In this document: one piece after another, positions 12,015 through 22,416 of the stretch | Numbering within the stretch: position 1 is the first letter of the stretch | How the letters are laid out: every line of letters starts with the position of its first letter | Origin: Reclinomonas americana ATCC 50394 | Lineage: Eukaryota | Assembly (NCBI GenBank): GCA_048213135.1 | Contig: PS015035.1 | Location: 83,363-122,734 of the forward strand | DNA: 39,372 bases | Reading direction: 5' to 3' | Notes under the pieces: model-generated | Told to the model about the DNA's origin: nothing | Database searches by the model: none | What the model saw: the letters and a program-made list of their open reading frames with translations, nothing else | Program-made: the position numbers and the translations under genes

Positions 12015-12075
12015 AAGCAGCCGCCATGTGGGCCGCTCGTCGGAGGGTGGGGAGAGCACGGCGCGCGGCAAGCAT
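12015..12075 (-). CDS. Mitochondrial-presequence-like N-terminal exon, probably belonging to the Fe-SOD
   Basis: MLAARRALPTLRRAAHMAAA is Arg/Ala/Leu-rich with no acidic residues. It ends in phase 1 and joins 9601 as T|CC (Ser). Confidence 0.6.
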
Positions 12076-12350
12076 GATGAGAGAGTAGAGACGGAGGGAA
12101 TTTCCACGGACAACTCCGACTTTGCACCCAGTGTTGTGGAGAGAGACACGCACACGCACACGCACACAGCGCAGTGCACACACGCACACATGCACACATA
12201 CACACAGACGCGACTGTGCCACGCGCTGCATTTCTGTGCGGCGCGCATTGCTCCAAGGTGACATGGCTTCCATGTGCATTTTTCTCACCCACAACCGTCA
12301 TTCGCGCGCAATCCGATTGATCACCCCCCGCTGTGCACCGCTGCAGTCTC

Positions 12351-12461
12351 ATGAGCCGGGCTGCAGAACATCATGCGTCTGCTTCGCCTTTTACTAAGCT
12401 AGACCAGTGGATTGCGGCCTATTTGAGCTCGCATCACGATTTTTCTGGGGCGTAAAGCCCT
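12351..12461 (+). ncRNA. U5: U5 spliceosomal snRNA
   Basis: Invariant loop 1 CGCCTTTTACT (12385-12395) closed by GTCT-GCTT/AAGC-T-AGAC. Lower stems GGCTGCAG/TTGCGGCC and GAGC/GCTC. Sm-like site GATTTTTCTGG (12438-12448). 3' hairpin GGGC-GTAAA-GCCC. Ends approximate. Confidence 0.9.
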
Positions 12462-14330
12462 CTTGTATGGACCTTGAAAACAGAAAACTTCATATGAGAA
12501 AAACACAATGATACACAATTGTTCGCCGCGTGTTGTTGCTCACATGCACACACATAGATTGAGACGCACATGTGCGTGCGTGTGTGTGTATGAATGTGCA
12601 CCACCATGTGCCCCACCGGTTGTCCGACACAGTGTGTGTGTGAGAGAGAACATTCTCTCTTTGCCCATTCATGGCTATCACTCACCGCGCATATGCAGTG
12701 TAAAAGAAGCGCACATTCTCTTGCACACAGTCGCATATGCACTCTCTTAATATCATCATCGCTGTCGTCGCTGCCCTCAGCGCAGCGTTGGTTTGATCGA
12801 TTTTCCTCTTTCCCCTTCCTTGTGCATTGTGCGCACTGTCCCACACACACATCACTCGCTGTTCACCAACACATGCTGTGGCCGCCTTGCAGCACGCATG
12901 CACAAGAGAGGACACACGAAACTGTGGATCTCTCTCTGTGTGTGCGAGTGGGGCCCTCATTCGCTGGCCGTCTGTCGCGTCAACCGACGCAAAAAAAGCG
13001 CACCGCATTTTTCATTCAATACAATCGCAACCGGTGCGCGCGGTGGTGGTGTGTTCCAGAGACGCGGGTGTGGAGTGCAGGTGAGTGGGTGGGGAGTGCA
13101 CACACACGCGCGCGTGAGGGTGAGTGCGCGAGAAAAGTGGCACGCAGTTTCACCCGTCTGCACGACAGATTAGCAGTGTACACTAGTCGTCTCCACCACC
13201 ACCACCACCAGCATGCAGACCGCGTTGCAACTGACACTCACATGTGTCACTGAGCGAGAGAGAGAGAGAGTCGCGCTCACTCGCAGACACGCACACACAC
13301 GCACGCACTCTCTCACTCTCACACACTGTCTAATTTGGCCTTCCTCTCCCATCGATTGACGTGCGCGTTTTTCGCCGTCTCCTCTCCCACCCACTTGCGC
13401 ACGCGCCCACACACACACACGCACGCACACGCAGAGGAGAGGTGGTGTGGGTGGGGCTGTTTTGTCGCTTATTATTCTTTCGTGTCCGTGTCTTGTTGTT
13501 TCTCACACACGCAAACGCACGCGTGCGCGTCATGTCCACCCGCGTGGTTTTCGAAAGATCGTGCATGATGTACATGCTGAACACGTCCTCCTCTCCCACC
13601 CCCACACACACGCACGCACACGCGCACACGCACGCACATGCGCGCTGTACGTGCGTGCACATAATTGCTGCTGCCGTGGCCGCTCAATTCGGGTTACGGA
13701 ATCCGCGTTGCCGCTTTTGGAGCCGTCGTCCCCAACATAACTGTTTCTTTCTTCTTTTTTTACACTCCATGCGGTGTATTCAACCACACTGTGTGCGCAC
13801 GATATACGCTCTGGTATTCTTTTTCTCCCACTTCTCACCATCCATCTCACCACCGTCCGCACATATGCGTGTGTGTCTTTTCGTGTGTCACTTGTGCGGT
13901 CGACTGGTTGGGTGAAGCAGCGATCTCCGAATTGCTGCCGCCTTTTTGGTGATATGTCCCCGATCGGGTCATGTCTCCTGAGGCCGAGCGCAGCTGGCTC
14001 TCGGCTGCTACAGGGGACACACGAAGACAGTAAGGGGCAGGGGCAGTTGCACGCAGCACATGTGCAGTCGGGGGGGCGAGTCGCAGTTGAGATTGCGCAC
14101 CGCCGCCGCATAATCTGCGCCGCGGTTGCACATACATTCACTCACTCACCTGCACACACGCACGCACACCCGGCACAGGAGTCTGTCTAGGGTTATTCCT
14201 TGTTCCACTCGTAATTCTTCTTCCTCCGCGCTTTGGTGATATCGTCTGCTGGCGTTCTGATTCGAATCCGTGTCTGTCTTTTTTCTGTTTCCATGTGTCG
14301 CCGCAGGGTTCGGACGGTGGTACCTTGTCA

Positions 14331-16110
14331 ATGAGCAGGTTGCCGCCACTGCCTCCAGACGCGCAGCAACAACAGGGGAGACGAATGGCTTCGTTACTGG
14401 AACTGCATCCGCCCATGACGCTAGAGGAGAGGCGCTTTGGCGCGGCCTCGGGCGCCCCATTCGGAGCTCCCCGCGGCTGGCCATCACCGCCCTCGTTTGC
14501 GCCGACACCCACCAGTATGGTGGGCGTGCGACGCGCCAGTCTTGCGGCGACCACCGTGGTGCCTCACGAGCCCCGCGAGATGCTCGTCTCTGCGCCGGTG
14601 CTGACCGAGGGCGAGTTCACTCAGCTTCCCGCTATGGAGCCGGCGGTGCACCGGGCAGTGCTGGCACCGGCGCACTTTTATCAGCCCTCGCCTCTGCAGG
14701 CACTCATGATAGAGCAGCAGCGGGTGCAGGAGGAAGAACAGCAGCAACAACGACAGCAGCTGCAGCTTCAGCTGCAATTGCAGCAGGAAAAGGCCGCTGC
14801 TGCTGCTGCGCCAATGCAGATACAGCAGTATGCGCAACAGCAGCGACTCCTCCAACAACAACTACAACAGCAGCATGTGCTGCTGCTGCACCAACAACAG
14901 CAACAGCAGCAGCAGCAGTGCAGTCCAGGAGCCATGTCGTCGGCGGCGGCAATTCCATCGACTTTTTCCACGCCGTCACCGCGCACCCGCCACATGCTGC
15001 CAGTGCACGTTGTTGGCGGTGGCGACGGCATGGGTCTCCTGGCCTCGCCCACTGCCATCACCGCCACCACCCCAACCCCAACCGCCATTGCTGCTTTCCC
15101 TTCCTCTGCAACAGGCCGTGATCGCGACACGCGGCCACGCTATCAACTTAACCCCGCCATGGACACAGCAGTTCTCGAACAGGACACTGGCTTCTCGATG
15201 GCCTCACACTCGTCGAACAAGCGCAGGAAGACGCGCTTCACGCGGGCGGAAGTTTCGTGCACGCATCCCACCCATGTCACCGTCACACACTGCACGCATT
15301 GACCTTTTCTTTACAGGTGGCGGTTTTGCTCAGACTGTACAACAGAAACAGGAGACCCTCCACTGCAGATATGGAGAAGGCCAGTCTGGAGATTGCCTCG
15401 CTCGGCACCATGCATCCACTGTGGAAGATTCGCAACTTTTTCTCCAACAAGCGGTGAGCCACGTCACACACAATTGCTGTATCTGTTTTCAATTATTCTT
15501 TTTTGACTTACTGCTGTCATCGTGGCACAAATGCAGTGCACAGGATCGCCGGAGTTCTCACAAACCTCCGACTCGCGGGGTTCGCGATGTGACAACGGCC
15601 GCGGCCATCGCTGCTGCCACTGCCGCGGTTGCAGGACGAAGAGCGTACAGTGCAATGCGTGCAGACGGTGTTGATGACGACGATGACGACGACGACCTCG
15701 ACTTCGACGACGATCTAGACGGCCTTGATGACCTGCTTGACGAGGATGATGAAGACGAGGATGGCGACGGCGACGGGGCGGCGACTGGAGTGAGGCGCCG
15801 ACCGAGTTCCGAATCCGTCGGCAGCTGTGGAAGTGGAGCCAGCGACATGGAGCAGCGGGCACATCAACCACCGCGGAAACGGCAGCGACTCAGTGGCGAG
15901 GCGTCGGCCACCGCAGCACAGCTCGACAGTTCTGACACCACGACGGTGCACATCGACATACCAGGACTAATCGCCTCGGCAGAGTTGGCCGCCGCCACCG
16001 CTCGGCTTCCTCCCTTGCCACGGACAGACGGCCAGCCGCCACGGATGCCGCAACCTGCAGCCATGGTGCCAATTCCCAGGCTGCCAATTAGGCGCACAGA
16101 TGAAGAATAG
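14331..16110 (+). CDS. Homeobox transcription factor with poly-Q and acidic tracts; introns 15252-15316 and 15454-15536; start uncertain
   Basis: Spliced KRRKTRFTRAE|VAVLLRLYNRNRRPSTADMEKASLEIASLGTMHPLWKIRNFFSNKR|AQDRR retains F8, L16, P26, F49, N51 and R53. Confidence 0.8.
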
Positions 16111-16353
16111 GCAGGAGACTAGAGGATTCAACCTGTAACCACGGCGCCACCGTCCAATTCACACGACCAACCGTCCGTGTACTATGTGTGTGTGTGTGCG
16201 TGCAATCTATTTGTATTTCTACATGCGATCTCCCTTTCTTTCTTTCTCTCTCTCTCTCTCTCTCTCTCCCCAAATCACTAATGAGCAACAATAGTATCAG
16301 CCAACTACACCTCTTCCCCTTCATTTCCGCAGCTCACTCGACACACGTCACGT

Positions 16354-17024
16354 CTACGCACTGGCACCGCTCATGCGAGCAATCGCCAGCTTCCGCAACG
16401 CACGATTGCCAAAGAACAAAGTCGGAGCGCCGACAATCATCATGTAGATCAGCGTCTGACCCAGGCGAGCAAACAACCAGAACATCACCGCCAGACCCAA
16501 CAACGAGGCGAAACAGCCGACAAAGAGCAGGCCGTCAAAGCTCAGAGCCCGCAAGTTGGCACCGGCCTTCCACGACTGAGAGAGGAGGAGGAGACGGTGA
16601 ACAATTCAAGCTTCTGGAAGCAATCAGGCAAGCAAGCACAATACCATTGTCAAGTAGAAGAAGAAGATGGCGCCAATAATGCCGCAGAACACCAGGCCCA
16701 GGAAGGCGCCAGGTCGCCTCTGTGGCGCAGCAAACGAGTGCTGAATGTGCGCCTTGACACGCTGCTCCGGCAGCGGCTGCACATACTTGACGGCGGCCTC
16801 GTCGGCATTCTCCGGCTCGCTCACCACAATGGAGCCAAACGTCCACCGAAGGGCATTGGCGGCCGACGGGTCGGCCACCAACATGGTGAGCTCGTACTCG
16901 CCCGGACGGAGAGAGTTTGTGGCGAGGAACTCACTCGTCAGCACCTGCACACTGCTAAGCACCACAACACTACACCTCCAACAGGCAGAGAAAATGCAGG
17001 GGGCACACCTGCTTCAGCAAGTAG
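16354..17024 (-). CDS. RPN2: Ribophorin II (OST subunit RPN2/SWP1), C-terminal part
   Basis: GEYELTMLVAD..LRWTFG..PLPE..IQHSFAAPQRRP followed by hydrophobic TM segments and GNRALRKLA. Confidence 0.75.
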
Positions 17025-17044
17025 NNNNNNNNNNNNNNNNNNNN

Positions 17045-17548
17045 AGAAAGAAACGGATCGGCTGATTATTTCGCTTGCCACGCAGCATCGTGTGCCGGTG
17101 GTGGAGGAACCGGTGGATCTGGAGGCGGCGGCGGAGGAGGCACGCTTGGAACGTGTGCGTCGCATGTCGATTGCCACCGGGCGTCGTGCCGAGGACGGCT
17201 ACAAGACACTGGAGATTCGCCACGTGGAGATCTCGGTGGCCGAGGCCGCTCGTGGTGGTGGCGACTTCCACGAGATTGCGTCGTACGGGTGTGTGTTGAC
17301 TGACTGACTCTGTGCGCTCTCCACTTTCTCCTTTGTCGCTCTGCTTCTGACTCCTCCGCGCGCTCGCGTGTGTGTAGCATCAAGACCGGCAACCGTCACT
17401 CGGCGGTGGAGGTGAAGAAGGGCCAGCAGATTGCCGTCCGCTTCGCCGTCTTCGCCAACGACAAGAAGACCTTTGTGCGCCAACCGTTTGTCCGCATCAG
17501 CGACGGCGTCACCGAAGTCACGCTGTCGGCGCGCCCCTCCAAGGGCGG
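17045..17548 (+). CDS. RPN2: Ribophorin II upstream exons on an apparently inverted segment
   Basis: ..QIAVRFAVF..FVRQPFVRISDGVTEVTLSARPSKG resembles the RPN2 'HQAFVRL...E' region. It ends GGC GG and continues in frame into C TAC TTG at 17024(-). Confidence 0.6.
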
Positions 17549-18227
17549 NNNNNNNNNNNNNNNNNNNNNNNNNNNNNNNNNNNNNNNNNNNNNNNNNNNN
17601 NNNNNNNNNNNNNNNNNNNNNNNNNNNNNNNNNNNNNNNNNNNNNNNNNNNNNNNNNNNNNNNNNNNNNNNNNNNNNNNNNNNNNNNNNNNNNNNNNNNN
17701 NNNNNNNNNNNNNNNNNNNNNNNNNNNNNNNNNNNNNNNNNNNNNNNNNNNNNNNNNNNNNNNNNNNNNNNNNNNNNNNNNNNNNNNNNNNNNNNNNNNN
17801 NNNNNNNNNNNNNNNNNNNNNNNNNNNNNNNNNNNNNNNNNNNNNNNNNNNNNNNNNNNNNNNNNNNNNNNNNNNNNNNNNNNNNNNNNNNNNNNNNNNN
17901 NNNNNNNNNNNNNNNNNNNNNNNNNNNNNNNNNNNNNNNNNNNNNNNNNNNNNNNNNNNNNNNNNNNNNNNNNNNNNNNNNNNNNNNNNNNNNNNNNNNN
18001 NNNNNNNNNNNNNNNNNNNNNNNNNNNNNNNNNNNNNNNNNNNNNNNNNNNNNNNNNNNNNNNNNNNNNNNNNNNNNNNNNNNNNNNNNNNNNNNNNNNN
18101 NNNNNNNNNNNNNNNNNNNNNNNNNNNNNNNNNNNNNNNNNNNNNNNNNNNNNNNNNNNNNNNNNNNNNNNNNNNNNNNNNNTTCCCGTAGCTGTGAGTT
18201 GTGGTTGCTCACCACTTGGGTGGTGGC

Positions 18228-18460
18228 AGAGATCATCCGCACGCAGATTGCGCGTGGTCCGGATCGCGCCAGCCGCGGCTTTGCCACGGTGCTCTACAAC
18301 ACCGCCGAGCAGGCTCAGGCTGCTATCGGTGCGTGTGTTCCTTCCTCCCATCTTCGTTGTCGTCGTCGTCGCTAACACTTGTGTTGTTGAACCAGACCGC
18401 TTCAACGACACCGAGTTCCAGGGCAATCGCCTGACGGTGTACATGGACCGCTTCGCGTAA
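18228..18460 (+). CDS. RRM protein C-terminus (Gbp2/hnRNP-M-like), 5'-partial
   Basis: RNP1 SRGFATVLY..AEQAQAAI|DRFNDTEFQGNRLTVYMDRFA*; one GT-AG intron. Confidence 0.7.
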
Positions 18461-18691
18461 GCGCTGGCCATTGATCATCGATGGTCGTTGTCGTTGTGTT
18501 TGTCGTCTGTTGCCGTCGTTCCGAGTCTATTTGCTGCCGTCGTTTTATCGAGAGGGAAAGAGAGAGTGAGTGGGAAAGAAGGAAGAACAAGTGAACCGCC
18601 CCCCCGTTACACAATCCTCTCTCTCCAGTCGTCGTCGTTGTCGTTGATCGATCGACGATAAGGGCCCGAAAATCCACACAAACGAACATCA

Positions 18692-19073
18692 ATGGTGCGT
18701 GTGCAGGAAGACGGCCTTCGCCCTCTACTCTCTTCCTCTGTCCCCCTCCCGCCTCCTTCCACTCGCACGCCACGTCTTCGGAAAATCCCGAACCCCAAAC
18801 CACTCTCTCACACACACTGCCATGTCCTCACACACACACACACGCAGACTGACTCGGCGACCAAGAGCGCCACCAGCTCGCCAGCGTCGTCCTCGGCCGC
18901 GGCCTCCATCGCGGACGATGCGAGCGGGAGCAGCCGCACGTTTGCGCACTTGGAGAAGAGTCTGATGTTCTTTCAGGAGACGTTTGCCTCGCGCCTCTTG
19001 TCGCTGGAGGAGGTCGTGCACAGTCTGTTTGCCAAGGTCGAGCATGTGGAGCAGAGGTGTGTGTGTGTGTGTG

Positions 19074-19104
<31 letters not shown>

Positions 19105-21886
19105 TTGACGGGGCGGCACTGATGTCATGTGATGCAGTGTGGCGGTGATTGATATCAAGTTGCAGCAAGAGACGGAAGCTCGTGGGCGCTTGGAGGTGGA
19201 GAGTCGCATGACGGACCGCGAACTAGAGGTCCTCCCAACGCCTCCTCCTTCCCTCCTCCATCTCTCGTCGTGTCGTGTCTCCTCACTGGTGTTCTCCAGG
19301 TGTCGATCAAGACCGGCATTCTGGAGCTGACGGCCGAGTTGAGCAACAAGCAGCGTGAGGAGATCATGCTGGTGGCACGCAAGGTGGCGTCGATGGATGC
19401 CGAGCTGAAGCGCGTGGGAACTACGGTCGACTCGGTGCAGGGTTTCATTGGCAAGCTGAAGAAGGATCAGAACGACTTTTTGCGGTGAGTGTTCGACACA
19501 GAGGTGGGCTCGCCGGAGTCCTTCCACCGCTAATCGCTGTCTGTGTGCCGTAGTGATGTGGGCGAGGCGACAAAACGATCGTTGGAGGAGCACGATGAGC
19601 GCACACGCACCAGGGTGACGGAGATGGTGCGACACGACTCACAGCGGCTGAAGGTCTGTCTGTCTGTCTGTATACAACAGCAGCACTCGTCATCGCCACA
19701 CGTTGCTCACTCGGTGAGTGGTGAATTGTGCCGCAGGACGATGTGGTCACAGAGGTGGTCGATCGACTGGAGCTGCCGGCGTTCTTCCAGCAGGCCGGCT
19801 CCGACATGGATCGCAAGCTGCGCGACTTCCAACAGCAAGTAACCGACCGTGTCGATCGCTCGCTGCAGGAGCAGTCGGCGACCTTTGCCGATCTGCGTGG
19901 ACAGTTGGAAGAGTCGCTGTTGGAACAGTTGGGTGGTTCTATGGAGGGAGAGCGTGCGTCGATGCGCAACGAACTGGAGGCCATGGACCGTCGCGTGCAC
20001 GACTTGACCAGGTGCGTTTTTCTTCATTCGCTCCTGCGTCGCGCGCAAGTTATTGAATGTGATTGGGGGTGTGTGGGTCCGACAGGCGAGTGAACGAAGT
20101 GTCGACGGGCAAGGGTGGGGCGGTGGGCGGTGGCGGCAAACTGCACGACGATGTGGCGTGCACGCACACGGTGGAGGCGATTTTCAACGCGCCGGCTGCT
20201 GAGCTCAGCAACGTGCACCGTGACGTGGAAGACATCAAACATCACCTGCGTCTTCTCGGCCAAGGCTTCCAGGGCTACGGTCGTCTCTCGGTGGCACAAC
20301 GCCCAGTGAGTAGTTGTTCGCTCTTATCGGCAATGAGTCGGTACAGTGACAGTCATCATTTCCGCTCTCTCGCAGGATGCTCAGTCGTCGGCTGGCGCGT
20401 CGCTGCCGTCGGGAGCCACAGCCGGTCGTGTGTATCGCTCGAATGCCAGCACTGCAGTGTCTGAGCTTGTGTCCAACGATCCCAGTACGGCAGTGGCGGA
20501 GCGGCCACCATTCACGTTCGGGTCGTCACCACCACCGTTGTCGTCCAGGAGCAGTGTGGTCGGTGGCGATATGCGCGACCGCGACCAGCGATTCACTCCC
20601 ATGTCACTGTTGTCTGGCGGCATGGGCAACACACCGGCACCACCCGGTGACGATGAGCTGGATGCATTGCTCGCCGAGTCGGGTGCTCTGGAGGCCGCCT
20701 CCATGGGCAGTGTGCAGCAGCACGGCAGTGGTGCACTTCGTGGTGGGGCCAGTATCGGTGGCGGTGGTGGCGGCGGTGGCGGTGGGTTTGGTGGGGGCGC
20801 AGCTGGCAGCGGTGTGGATGGTGGCGGCAGTCTGGGCAGTCGGTCGGCCAAACTGAGGGCACACCGCGACGATGAGATGTATGCGGGCGTGCATGGCGAC
20901 AAGGAGGTGTTCCCGGTCCTCGACGACGACGACGCGAAGATGTACCTCGATGTTCGTGTCGCTGGTGGTGGTGGTGGTTGGTGTCTTGATATTTGGCTCT
21001 CAACACTGCTTGCGCGCAGGCTGGTGGCATACGCGGTGACGAACTGGCGAGCCAGGTCGGCGTACACGCAAACGACCACAACGGACTGTCACTGGGCTAC
21101 GTTCCGCGATCGTACGGTGCGCCGAAGCGAGTGCGAGAAGTGGTGGTGACACAACAACAACAGCAGCAGCAGCAGCAGCAACACCAACAACAACAACAGC
21201 ACCAACAGCCACAACAGCAGCAGCAGTACAGGTCGCCGTCCGGCACTGGTGACGCCAATGATAGTACAGCATGTTGCGTGCGTGTGCGTTCTTTCTCGCG
21301 ACTCGATGTCTGTGCTTATGCGACGCGTGCAGTGTCCGGCTCACCACCATCGGCATCCATGGGTGCCGTGCAGGACCAGACGTACTCGCCGAGTGCACTA
21401 GCCGAGTTCCACCCGGCCAAGTACTTGTCACCGCCGTCGGGTGGCGGCAACCGCTCATCCGGCAGCATCGGTGCGCAGTCGCCACCATCACTGCAGCTGT
21501 CACCCAGACAGCCTGGTCGTGCGTCGGCATCAGCCGCCGCCAGCGCATCGTTGCCGTTGAGTTGCCTGCTCACTGTTAGGTCCCCAACCCCAGCGACTCG
21601 ATGCTGACTTTCCTCTTTTCGATTTCTCAGTGGCAGCAAGCGACCAGTGCACGTGCAGCTGGACAGCTCGCCGCTTACCTCACCACGCACCGCTGGTGTG
21701 GGCGGCAATTCACCGAGAAGTCCCACCAACAATGCTCAGTTCCACCTGCAACATCAGGCGCGAGCGAGGGGCAGTGGTGGAGTCCAGTCGGTCCGCTCGC
21801 CCAACTCTGTGCATCACCCCGCGTCAAGAGGTTCGGGAAGACCACAACAACCACGTGCGGGCACTGTGGTTGTCGACTTGCAGTGA
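18692..21886 (+). CDS. Coiled-coil / low-complexity protein of unknown function; ~10 introns
   Basis: ATG|GTGCGT first intron. Exons splice in frame through heptad-rich segments (LELTAELSNKQREE.., LRGQLEESLLEQL..) and Gly/Gln/Ser-rich tracts to TGA at 21886. Confidence 0.7.
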
Positions 21887-21982
21887 CCGCCAGTGACACG
21901 CACGGCCGGCCAGCAGGGTGCGCTGTGTGNNNNNNNNNNNNNNNNNNNNNNNNNNNNNNNNNNNNNNNNNNNNNNNNNNNNN

Positions 21983-22254
21983 CTGCGCATTCGTGCGTCC
22001 ATGACACGGCGCACGACGCCTGGTCTCGCCAACACTCGTGACACCATCCGCACTGGTATCACAATATCGGTACGCGCACAGCGACGACGACCTGTCTTTT
22101 TTGCGTGCGTCACCCCACTGTGCTTACTGGCAATGTGCAGGTGACTGGTCCAATTGACCTTCTCGAATCCTGGGAGGACAGTGCCAATCTGAAGCACCCA
22201 CCAGGCAGTCGGGCGGTGAACGATGGTTGGAATGCCGGTCTCGAACTGATGTGA
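21983..22254 (+). CDS. Terminal exons probably belonging to the large minus-strand gene (segment inverted)
   Basis: LRIRASMTRR..GITIS|VTGPIDLLESWEDSANLKHPP..LELM* with one GT-AG intron. It starts in phase 0, matching the phase-0 break at 22417. Confidence 0.55.
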
Positions 22255-22416
22255 GGGATCGTTTAGAGTGCGGGTCTTTCTTTCTCCCCGAGTCTGTGAT
22301 ATTCTTCCTCTTCTTCTCAAATGAATCAGTGTTGGTAATTTTTCTCACAACACGTCTGTCGTAATACATAGCACACACTTTCGTACACTACCACCANNNN
22401 NNNNNNNNNNNNNNNN

